A stretch of 32,000 nt of DNA from Candidatus Pacearchaeota archaeon (GTDB lineage Archaea > Nanobdellota > Nanobdellia > Pacearchaeales > UBA284): contig CP061211.1 of NCBI GenBank assembly GCA_026016245.1, positions 1 through 32,000 on the forward strand. Reading direction: 5' to 3'. The position numbers and the translations under genes were made by a program. The first letter of the stretch is position 1. Each line of letters opens with the position of its first letter. The notes below the pieces were generated by a model, which searched no databases, had not been told where the DNA came from, and saw only the letters and a program-made list of their open reading frames with translations. Positions 17,377 through 24,690 of this stretch are shown here, in pieces.

Positions 17377-19176
17377 TTAATCCTCATATTTGTTCTTGAG
17401 CATTAGATGAGGGAATAAGCTGAGAGAGATGAGCTCTTCCATTAATAACTTGGAGGCATAAGAAATTTCTACTGGCTCTAATTTCTGGCCACCACAAAGA
17501 GGGCAAATTTCTCTTTTCCTTAGCTTATCTCGAATTCCAAAACTTCCACATTTTGGGCATATGTGTGCAACGATATTATCTGAGCTGAATCTTTCTTTAA
17601 GCAATAAGGAAGCTCCATGGGCTACTAAAACATCTTTTTCCATCTCCCCTAATCTTAATGCACCACCTTTTGCTCTTCCTTCAACTGGTTGTCTCGTTAA
17701 CAAGGTAATTTTACCAGAAGCCCTCATTTGTATTGTGTTTGCAACCATATATTTTAGCTTTAAATAATAAATATTGCCGATGAAAATTTTTGCTTCAAGA
17801 GGCTTTCCTGTCAAACCATCATACAGAGTTTCTTTTCCATCTGGCCTGAAACCTAAGTCAAGCAGCATTTTTTCAAATTCTTTAATATTAGGTTTACTAA
17901 AAGAAGAACCATCTATTATTCTTCCATTTAGACAGCCTATTTTTCCAGTCAGTAGTTCTAGAAGATAGCCAACTGTCATTCTGCCTGGAATCCCATGAGG
18001 ATTAAAAATAAGGTCTGGCTTGATTCCTTTGGAAGTGAAGGGTAGATCTTCTTCATTAACTATTGCTCCTATGACACCTTTTTGTCCGTGTGGGGAGGCA
18101 AATTTATCTCCGATTTCAGGAATTCTATTATCTCTTGTTCTAACCTGCACAATCTTGTGACCTTGAGAGTCTGTTGTAAGAAAAACACCATCTACGATAC
18201 CTTTTTCAGCCTGTCTTATTACAGTACTATTCTCTTTTGTTACCCTGGCTAAAGAAATTTCTTCCATCTCAAGCAAGAATTTTGGAGGGGACATCTTTCC
18301 TATAACCACCTCACTTTCTTCTAATTCTGCTTCTGGGTAAACCACCCCATCCTCTTCTAGATAACGGTAAGATTTCTCTGTTCTGTAACCACTAACATCC
18401 TTTGTTGGCACACCTATTTTATCTTTCAAGTTACCTGTGTAATGCAATTCAGTTGAAGTATATGGTCTAAAGTATGTGCTTCTTCCTAATCCTCTATCCA
18501 CACTTGCCTTGTTTAGAACTATAGCATCACTCATGTTATATCCTTCATAAGGCATGATAGCAACGATAACATTCTGACCAGCCGGATAAAAGTTTATTGT
18601 ATCATAAACAAAACTTCTCACGATTGGTTTCTGAGGATAATGGAGAATACTTACATCAGTATCTATAAGATTAAGGTAATTAGCAGCATAAAGGCCAAGA
18701 GCTTGTTTATGTGTTCTTCCTACTTTATTTAATCTTGAGCTCTGGTCATGGTTTCCATAAGGTATCAAAGATATGATTGCTCCAAACATTGCCATTGGAT
18801 CTACCTCTAGATGCGTGTGTTCTGGGGTTAAATCTTCTTCTGATATTGCCACAAACAAATTATCCTCTTCAGCAGCATCCACATATTCTATTATGCCAAG
18901 AGCTATCAAGTCATCCCAACTCAATTCATCTTTTTTTAGTGCTTCTATGTGTTCTTCCTTTAATTTTGGCTGTCCATCTTTGATAATTATTAGGGGCCTT
19001 AAAACTCTGCCAACATCAGTTGTCAAGAAAATTATATCGCCAACTTTATCATATCTAATGCTTAGCTCAGAAGGTAATTCCTGAGCTCTTCTTTTTTCTC
19101 TCAATACTTCTATAAAATGCTTATTGTCTTCTACTTCACCAATAAAATGACCATTGTAAAATACATCTGTTTCCAT
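17377..19176 (-). CDS. rpoB1: DNA-directed RNA polymerase subunit B' (C-terminal half of the split RpoB)
   Basis: Motifs seen: GDKFASPHGQKGV, NPHGIPGRMTVG, GGALRLGEMEKDVLVAHGA and the C-terminal Zn motif CPKCGS...CPLCGG. Confidence 0.95.
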   Translation of the reverse strand: METDVFYNGHFIGEVEDNKHFIEVLREKRRAQELPSELSIRYDKVGDIIFLTTDVGRVLRPLIIIKDGQPKLKEEHIEALKKDELSWDDLIALGIIEYVDAAEEDNLFVAISEEDLTPEHTHLEVDPMAMFGAIISLIPYGNHDQSSRLNKVGRTHKQALGLYAANYLNLIDTDVSILHYPQKPIVRSFVYDTINFYPAGQNVIVAIMPYEGYNMSDAIVLNKASVDRGLGRSTYFRPYTSTELHYTGNLKDKIGVPTKDVSGYRTEKSYRYLEEDGVVYPEAELEESEVVIGKMSPPKFLLEMEEISLARVTKENSTVIRQAEKGIVDGVFLTTDSQGHKIVQVRTRDNRIPEIGDKFASPHGQKGVIGAIVNEEDLPFTSKGIKPDLIFNPHGIPGRMTVGYLLELLTGKIGCLNGRIIDGSSFSKPNIKEFEKMLLDLGFRPDGKETLYDGLTGKPLEAKIFIGNIYYLKLKYMVANTIQMRASGKITLLTRQPVEGRAKGGALRLGEMEKDVLVAHGASLLLKERFSSDNIVAHICPKCGSFGIRDKLRKREICPLCGGQKLEPVEISYASKLLMEELISLSLFPHLMLKNKYED

Positions 19177-19180
19177 TTTT

Positions 19181-20728
19181 TTATTTGAAGGTTTTTAATC
19201 CTATATTTTCAAGAGTATTTATGAATTCTTTATCTGAAAGTTTTACAGAAGTGCTCACCTTTGCTAGCAATGATAAATTTTTTCTTAAGCCAATAGATGT
19301 TCCTTCAGGTGTCTCTATTGGGCAGAATCTTCCATAGTGTGTTGGGTGTAATGTCCTTGCCTTGAAATTTTCTTGTTCACTAGGGAGCAGACTTATCACA
19401 CGCTGCAATTGGGATAGTTTAGAGAGGATATTTGTTTTATCCATATTTTGCGTGACCCCAGAACGCTGTCCTATCCAGGAACCTGTTGCAAGAGCACTTT
19501 CAATACGGTGTGAAAATAAGGTGGATTTCGCAAGACTTCTTATGGAATAAAATTTCTTTTTCCTTGCAATCTTCTGCAAATTATGTTGGAGGTCTCTGAT
19601 GAAAATTGTCAGGTTAACTCTAAATAAGTCAGTAAGAAGATTACCACTTAATCTCACACGTTTGTTAGAATAATGATCCTTATCACTCTCTAGCTTATGT
19701 TCCTTTGCTACTAGAAATTGTTTGATTAATTTGCATAATGTGATTGCTTTTTCCTTTCTTGAGTCTGGCTTTGTCCCTATATGAGGCAATAATGCTGAGT
19801 CAAATCTCAGTTTTACTCTATCAAGCATTTCTTTTTTTGTCCCTTGTATTTTCATGATTTCTGCTATTGCCATCAAGGCGTCATTCATATCCTGCACTTT
19901 TGCATGTTCGAACAGATTAACTATGAGACTGTCAGATTCGCTACCAATAAAGGAAGCTATGTCTGAATCTTTTGTTATTCCTAAAGCCTTGATAAGAAGA
20001 AAGGAGGGGATGCTTTTGAAGCGAGAAAAAGAGACAAGAATTAACCCATCTTGAGTTTGGGTTATAGAAACAGGAATCCTATAACTGCCACGAGAAGAAT
20101 ACATTCTTAAAGAAATACCTTTTATTGTTTCTTCTGTAAATGCCTGGTTTTGTGCTAAATCCTCAATCATAACAAGAACACGTTCGTTTCCATTAATGAT
20201 AAAGTAACCACCAGAATCAGCAGGATCTTCATAATTCTTCACAAGGTCGGCAGTGGACATACCATGTAAATTACACCACTTACTTTTTGCCATTATGGGC
20301 ATTCTTCCTATCTCTACATTACTGTATTCTTTGCCGCCAACTCCTATCTCGAGATAAACAGGAGCTGAATAAGTTATTTTTCTTAACTTGGCCTCTATAG
20401 GTAAAATGCTTCTGATAGAACCATCAGCCTCTATAATTTGTGGCCTTCCAACAGAGATTTTACCTAGCCAGAGCTCGACCTCTTCCCTTGAGATTTCTTC
20501 ATTTATGTTGTTAACAATCTCCTGAAGTCTGTTCTCAATAAAATCATTAAAAGATAGAATATTAGATTCAATAAGAGAGTGCTGTTGCAAGTATCTTCTA
20601 ATAAGGAAGTGTTTTTTCTTCTTATCTTCCTCGATTTGTTCTTTCCCCTTCCCTTTTTCCTTTTCCTCGACCTTTTGGGCTTCTTCCTTTTTGTTTTTTC
20701 CTTCTTCAACCATTTTAAGATAAAACAA
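19181..20728 (-). CDS. rpoB2: DNA-directed RNA polymerase subunit B'' (N-terminal half of the split RpoB)
   Basis: Motifs seen: SGGYFIINGNERVLV, DHYSNKRVRLSG, HPTHYGRFCPIETPEGTSIGL. Stop and next start are separated by 4 nt. The N-terminal ~45 aa form a Lys/Glu-rich extension. Confidence 0.95.
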   Translation of the reverse strand: MFYLKMVEEGKNKKEEAQKVEEKEKGKGKEQIEEDKKKKHFLIRRYLQQHSLIESNILSFNDFIENRLQEIVNNINEEISREEVELWLGKISVGRPQIIEADGSIRSILPIEAKLRKITYSAPVYLEIGVGGKEYSNVEIGRMPIMAKSKWCNLHGMSTADLVKNYEDPADSGGYFIINGNERVLVMIEDLAQNQAFTEETIKGISLRMYSSRGSYRIPVSITQTQDGLILVSFSRFKSIPSFLLIKALGITKDSDIASFIGSESDSLIVNLFEHAKVQDMNDALMAIAEIMKIQGTKKEMLDRVKLRFDSALLPHIGTKPDSRKEKAITLCKLIKQFLVAKEHKLESDKDHYSNKRVRLSGNLLTDLFRVNLTIFIRDLQHNLQKIARKKKFYSIRSLAKSTLFSHRIESALATGSWIGQRSGVTQNMDKTNILSKLSQLQRVISLLPSEQENFKARTLHPTHYGRFCPIETPEGTSIGLRKNLSLLAKVSTSVKLSDKEFINTLENIGLKTFK

Positions 20729-20738
20729 TCAAAATTAA

Positions 20739-20948
20739 TTAAGGAACAACAATACGGTAATATATAACTTTGCCGTTGGATGTTTTTCTTTCAATCTTAA
20801 TTATATCTCCTACTTTTATATCGTCGGACAAAATAGGATCTTTTTTTTTGATTTTAGGTAGTTGAGTTGCAGTAATATTAAGTTTTTCCAATAATAATCT
20901 GGCTTCTTCTGGCTTCAGTTTAAGGTGTTTGGATTGTAGAACATACAT
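20739..20948 (-). CDS. rpoH: DNA-directed RNA polymerase subunit H (Rpb5-like)
   Basis: 69 aa. KPEEARLLLEKLNITATQLPKIKKKDPI...GDIIKIERKT...VIYYRIVV matches the RpoH consensus. It is the first gene of the operon. Confidence 0.9.
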   Translation of the reverse strand: MYVLQSKHLKLKPEEARLLLEKLNITATQLPKIKKKDPILSDDIKVGDIIKIERKTSNGKVIYYRIVVP

Positions 20949-21167
20949 TTTTCAGACAAACTCAACAAGATATTTTATTGAAAATGGTTTTTAAATCTTT
21001 TGTTTTTTAAGACCACAATTTACAGATTCTTATTTTTAGATTTTTCCTCTATAAAATATATCTTAAGGTTTTTGATTTAAAACAAAATAGTTTTTTGTAG
21101 TCACTTATCAATAATTAAAAAATAGAAAGGTTTTTAAATCCCTTTGTCCTTGTCGAATAGTAATAAA
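20949..21167. promoter_or_regulatory. Divergent promoter region between the RNAP operon (minus strand) and the small-ORF/TrmB operon (plus strand)
   Basis: This is the largest non-coding gap in the window. GGTTTTTAAATC occurs at 20986-20997 and 21129-21140, and a variant GGTTTTTGATTT at 21067-21078. The third copy sits ~30 nt upstream of the ATG at 21168. The first copy read on the minus strand (AAAAGATTTAAAAACC) sits ~40 nt upstream of rpoH. Confidence 0.5.
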
Positions 21168-21350
21168 ATGGAACCAACTGAACTTCAAAAAAACTTGAAA
21201 TTAGATAGATTTGGTATAATTATTGATGAAAAGGATGGGTCACACACAATAACCGACCCTGTTTCTAAAACACCCTATATTATTTTTGATCCTTCTACAC
21301 AATTAAAAGAAAAATCAAAAATAAATAAACAAAAAATATATGTAATATAA
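21168..21350 (+). CDS. Small hypothetical protein (60 aa from the ATG; the ORF track starts at a TTG at 21144)
   Basis: MEPTELQKNLKLDRFGIIIDEKDGSHTITDP... with no recognisable family. It ends 1 nt before the TrmB-family gene. A TATA-like element lies upstream. Confidence 0.45.
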   Translation: MEPTELQKNLKLDRFGIIIDEKDGSHTITDPVSKTPYIIFDPSTQLKEKSKINKQKIYVI

Positions 21351-21351
21351 G

Positions 21352-22164
21352 ATGATAGCTAAAACTGAACTTATCAAAAAAGTGAAGTACCATTTTAGTT
21401 TGAACATTTATGAGAGTAAGGTTTGGATAGCCCTCTTAAACAAGACTATAGCTACTGTTGGTGAGATAGCTGAGATAAGTGGTGTTCCAAGAAGCCGTGT
21501 CTATGATGTTTTAGAAAGCCTGGAAAAGAGAGGCTTTGCAATAGCCAAATTAGGAAAGCCTGTTAGATACATAGCAGTTAAACCTTCTGTTGTTATTGAG
21601 CATATGAAAAATAACATGCTAAGAAATGCTGAAGAGAGGGCAAAGAATCTGACAACTATGAAAGATAGTGTAGAATATAGGGAGTTAGAGGTTTTGCATA
21701 GTAAAGGAATCAAACCTATACAGCCAGAGGATTTAAGTTCAGCAATTAAAGGAAGACAGAATATTTATAGTCACATAAAAGACTTACTCGGAGGAGCTGA
21801 GAAGGAAATTATTTTTATTTCAACCTCTGATGCACTTAAGAGAAAAGCACATTTTCTTAAACCTATTTTAAAGAAATTAAAAAATCAAGGTGTTACTGTG
21901 AATATAGCTGCAAGTGCAAAGAATCCTGGAGACGAAAAAGAAAAATTAAACTTGATTAGTTTAAGCAAAGAACTTGGAGTTCCTATAAGAAGAATTAAGA
22001 TCAATGCTAGATTCTGTATTGTTGATGGTTCAAAACTCTTGATTTTTATAACTCCTGATAGTGATGTTGAAGGTGACATAGCTATCTGGATCAATAGTCC
22101 TTTCTTTGGAAAAGCATTAACAACTTTTTTAAGTCCTGTATGGAGAATATCTAGAGCAAGATAA
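21352..22164 (+). CDS. TrmB-family transcriptional regulator
   Basis: The N-terminal wHTH LNIYESKVWIALLNKTIATVGEIAEISGVPRSRVYDVLESLEKRGFA is the typical TrmB signature. The 270-aa length includes the C-terminal effector-type domain. Confidence 0.8.
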   Translation: MIAKTELIKKVKYHFSLNIYESKVWIALLNKTIATVGEIAEISGVPRSRVYDVLESLEKRGFAIAKLGKPVRYIAVKPSVVIEHMKNNMLRNAEERAKNLTTMKDSVEYRELEVLHSKGIKPIQPEDLSSAIKGRQNIYSHIKDLLGGAEKEIIFISTSDALKRKAHFLKPILKKLKNQGVTVNIAASAKNPGDEKEKLNLISLSKELGVPIRRIKINARFCIVDGSKLLIFITPDSDVEGDIAIWINSPFFGKALTTFLSPVWRISRAR

Positions 22165-22165
22165 A

Positions 22166-22396
22166 ATGGAAGAACAAAATAAACCCTCAAAATTAGATTA
22201 TATTATGTCACTTACCCCTATTCCAGTAATAGGTGAAAGATGTGCAAAAAAAGTTTGGTCTTATGAAGCTGAGAAAGATTCAAAAGGAGATGTTAGTGGA
22301 AGAGTTTTTATATCAAGATATATCGCATATTGCGTTATTCCTTCAATGATTGCTGGCCCATGTGCACTAGCACTTAAAATAAAAAATCTTATATAA
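22166..22396 (+). CDS. Hypothetical small protein (76 aa), possibly with one C-terminal hydrophobic segment
   Basis: The ORF starts 1 nt after the TrmB-family stop. No family was recognised. Confidence 0.4.
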   Translation: MEEQNKPSKLDYIMSLTPIPVIGERCAKKVWSYEAEKDSKGDVSGRVFISRYIAYCVIPSMIAGPCALALKIKNLI

Positions 22397-22482
22397 TTCT
22401 AATTAGTGCTATTTTATTAACTATCTTTTCTATTTTTAAAACTAAGAAAATTAAAAATAAAATAAAAAATAAAAACAAAAAT

Positions 22483-22827
22483 TTAACGTTTAGCCAAGCT
22501 AAAAACAGATTTTAGGGCAACAATGATTGTTGCTGGCACGAACAATATCAGTAGATTCTCTAGGATTTGTGCTAAGAAATTGACGCCAAGTTTGTCTACT
22601 CCAAATACACTACCTCCGAAATAGCTAACAATAACTAAGATTACACCAGCTATCAGGAAAGGCTGTGCTTCAACATCAGTTATGTTCAATAGACCAATAA
22701 GGATACCAATAACTACTAGAACCCAATAAACCCATGTTGCCATGGCAAGAAATCCGAAGATCACTGCTATAATCACACCAATAAGAAATGCCCATGCACC
22801 TAGCATGTTTCCTTTCTTTTTAGGCAT
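22483..22827 (-). CDS. Small integral membrane protein (about 4 TM helices)
   Basis: Strong AAGGAGGTAAAG SD upstream. The sequence is hydrophobic throughout (GAWAFLIGVIIAVIFGFLAMATWVYWVLVVIGILIGLL...). Confidence 0.65.
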   Translation of the reverse strand: MPKKKGNMLGAWAFLIGVIIAVIFGFLAMATWVYWVLVVIGILIGLLNITDVEAQPFLIAGVILVIVSYFGGSVFGVDKLGVNFLAQILENLLILFVPATIIVALKSVFSLAKR

Positions 22828-22940
22828 TTTATTCTTTACCTCCTTTTAGATTTAAAATTACTAATATAAGAGGAATGTTCTTTTTAAAGTTTTTGCTTCA
22901 TTTTTTCTATCTTTTAGTAATATAAAATAAAAAAAATAGT

Positions 22941-23687
22941 TTATTTCTTTTTTAACCAATTTATAAGAATTTTTAGTGACTTTTCATAGTTTTCATTAAT
23001 TCCAAGACTATGGTCCGCTCCTTTAATTAATTCTAACTTTGCATCAGGAAAATTTTTTGTTAGCTTCTTAGTATTTTCAGGATTAACACATTCATCATCT
23101 GTTCCTTGTATAATTAAAGTTGGAATTTTAATATTCTTTACTTTATCATACATTGTATACTGGTGACCATCTTCTACAAATTCATATCTTATCTTGTGTT
23201 TAGTGCCATCTGATTTTATATGATATGTGTAACCTTGTTCTTTCCATTTTTTTAATCCTTTTTTTCCTTTCATTAACAATACATCTTCATCATTGGAGGA
23301 GGTTGGAGATCTTAAAATTAAAAACTTTAGTTCTGGATGTTTTAAAGTTGTGGCCATAGCTACCAAACCACCTGTACTTGTGCCAAGCAAACTAATCTTT
23401 TTGTAGCCTTTATCTTTACAAAATTTTATTGCAGATTCAACAACCCCTATATATTTTGTTATTGTTGCAAATTCAAATTTTGGTTCTGATTCTCCTAGGT
23501 TATCTAAGTCTATTCTTAAAGTGTTGATTTTATTTTTACCTAGTTCTTCTGCAATTATTTTTGTACCTTTATCTTTGTTTGAAGAAAACCCATGAATAAG
23601 TATTATAATTTTTTTTTCTGGGCTTGGTTCATCAATAACGCCACAGATCTTTTCATTAAATTTATTTTTAAAGAATATTTTTTTCAT
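22941..23687 (-). CDS. Alpha/beta hydrolase (serine hydrolase, dienelactone-hydrolase/S9-like)
   Basis: Nucleophile elbow LLGTSTGG (G-x-S-x-G), acid GTDDECV, His GADHSL. The start is set at MKKIFFKNKF (ATG 23687-23685) because the 26 upstream ORF codons overlap tRNA-Cys. Confidence 0.8.
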   Translation of the reverse strand: MKKIFFKNKFNEKICGVIDEPSPEKKIIILIHGFSSNKDKGTKIIAEELGKNKINTLRIDLDNLGESEPKFEFATITKYIGVVESAIKFCKDKGYKKISLLGTSTGGLVAMATTLKHPELKFLILRSPTSSNDEDVLLMKGKKGLKKWKEQGYTYHIKSDGTKHKIRYEFVEDGHQYTMYDKVKNIKIPTLIIQGTDDECVNPENTKKLTKNFPDAKLELIKGADHSLGINENYEKSLKILINWLKKK

Positions 23688-23700
23688 CTTTGTTTTGGTA

Positions 23701-23771
23701 AGCAGGGGAGGGGAATTGAACCCCCGTACGTCGGTCTGCAACCGACTGCATAACCACTCTGCCACCCCTGC
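23701..23771 (-). tRNA. tRNA-Cys (GCA)
   Basis: The reverse complement folds by hand as GCAGGGG TG GCA..TGC A GTCGG TTGCAGA CCGAC GTAC GGGGG TTCAATT CCCCT CCCCTGC U. The acceptor stem has 7 bp, the anticodon is GCA, and the U73 discriminator is characteristic of tRNA-Cys. No CCA is encoded. Confidence 0.85.
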
Positions 23772-23773
23772 AG

Positions 23774-23881
23774 AGGGCCTGACGGGACTCGAACCCGCAA
23801 CATCCAGCTTTCTCCGTTCGGGTTGATAAGGGCTTGCCCTTATTTAGAAGGCTGGCGCTCTATCCATTGAGCTACAGGCCC
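23774..23881 (-). tRNA. tRNA-Arg (UCU) with a ~35-nt intron at the canonical 37/38 position
   Basis: Reverse complement: GGGCCTG TA GCTC AATGGATA GAGC G CCAGC CUUCUA[intron AATAAGGGCAAGCCCTTATCAACCCGAACGGAGAA]A GCTGG ATGTT GCGGG TTCGAGT CCCGT CAGGCCC. The intron lies at about 23810-23844 and contains an 8-bp hairpin (ATAAGGGC/GCCCTTAT). Mature length is 73 nt. Confidence 0.8.
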
Positions 23882-23911
23882 AATATAAAAAGAAAGAAGA
23901 AACTTTTAAAT

Positions 23912-24655
23912 TTAACTTTTATCCCCAACAAATTGTTTTTCTATTTTTTCAAGAAAAGAAATCTTACTGATATCATCATATTCCATATAACAATTCTTAC
24001 CATGTTCTTTGGCATATCTTAGAGCTATGTTGGCTTTCTCAAACAAATCTAGATTACCATTTCTCTTCCCATTTTTACTTTTTGGCATAAATTTTTCATA
24101 AGCACTTTTCATCTTTGATGTGGCTAATTCAGTTTTTTTATTATGTGAGGCGACTCCAATACTTGCTGTAAGATTAAAAGAAGCAAGAAATTTATCCTCT
24201 TGAATAAACTTCCTAATTCTTTCAGCCATATTTTTAGCATCTTCTGAGGGAGTTTCAGGCATTAAAACAACAAATTCTTCACCGCCAAACCTAGCAGCGA
24301 CATCTGTTTCTCGGACATTACTTTTGATAATCATTGAAACCATCTGTAAAACCTCATCGCCACGAAGATAACCATGCTTATCATTGATCCTTTTAAAATC
24401 ATCTAAATCAAGAAGCAACATTGAGATAGTTCTGCCATAACGTTCAGCTATTGCCATCTCATGTTTAAAGACAGAATTAAAATACCTATAATTGTAAAGT
24501 TGTGTTTTAGTATCCACAGTAGCTAGATAATAAAGCTTGGCTATTTTTTTAGCATCAAGACCTTTCTTAAGATCTTCTTTTCTACCTAAAATTTTCTTTA
24601 ACCAGTCTGCCATCTTAAAATTCAAATATATCAAATAATATAATCCAACAAACAC
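23912..24655 (-). CDS. Stand-alone GGDEF-domain protein (putative diguanylate cyclase) with intact GGEEF active site and RxxD I-site
   Basis: LLDLDDFKRINDKHGYLRGDEVL (metal and substrate motifs), RETD-VAARF-GGEEF (I-site with the same spacing as PleD RESD-LLGRY-GGEEF; GGEEF is at 24272-24286), and SIGVA...ANIALRYAKEHGKN. The more likely start is MADWLKK (ATG at 24613), because the 14 upstream codons lie in an AT-rich promoter-like stretch. Confidence 0.85.
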   Translation of the reverse strand: MFVGLYYLIYLNFKMADWLKKILGRKEDLKKGLDAKKIAKLYYLATVDTKTQLYNYRYFNSVFKHEMAIAERYGRTISMLLLDLDDFKRINDKHGYLRGDEVLQMVSMIIKSNVRETDVAARFGGEEFVVLMPETPSEDAKNMAERIRKFIQEDKFLASFNLTASIGVASHNKKTELATSKMKSAYEKFMPKSKNGKRNGNLDLFEKANIALRYAKEHGKNCYMEYDDISKISFLEKIEKQFVGDKS

Positions 24656-24690
24656 AATACCTTTAAAAATTTAACCTTTATCAATTTATT

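Noticed and set aside
13833-19084. Many 60-125-aa ORFs on the plus strand inside the rpoA/rpoB' genes (e.g. 13833..14207, 14343..14660, 16335..16577, 16638..16919, 17561..17767, 18773..19084)
   Set aside because: They are antisense to strongly conserved RNAP coding sequence. Their products are low-complexity or Ser/Leu/Phe-rich with no motifs. This is typical of shadow ORFs in AT-rich DNA.
20503-20709. 68-aa Lys/Arg-rich ORF in an alternative frame of the rpoB'' 5' end
   Set aside because: It is a by-product of the purine-rich tract encoding the K/E extension. It is on the same strand in a different frame and has no independent start signals.
21144-21167. A TTG start proposed by the ORF track for the small ORF upstream of the TrmB-family gene
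   Set aside because: The TTG lies inside or immediately after the TATA-like element (21129-21140). The ATG at 21168 is better placed ~30 nt downstream of it.
23688-23765. The N-terminal 26 codons of the 22941..23765 ORF (MAEWLCSRLQTDVRGFNSPPLLTKTK)
   Set aside because: This stretch is the reverse strand of tRNA-Cys read as protein. The hydrolase homology starts at the internal MKKIFF, so the CDS was trimmed to 23687.
23690-23900. The possibility that the tRNA pair marks an integration site of a mobile element (the GGDEF or hydrolase gene as cargo)
   Set aside because: No integrase, recombinase or transposase ORF is nearby. I could not spot a direct repeat of either tRNA 3' end elsewhere in the window. 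The composition of the flanking genes matches the rest of the contig. A proper repeat search would be needed to exclude it fully.
23834-24022. 62-aa plus-strand ORF
   Set aside because: It overlaps tRNA-Arg and the 3' end of the GGDEF gene and has no coding signal.
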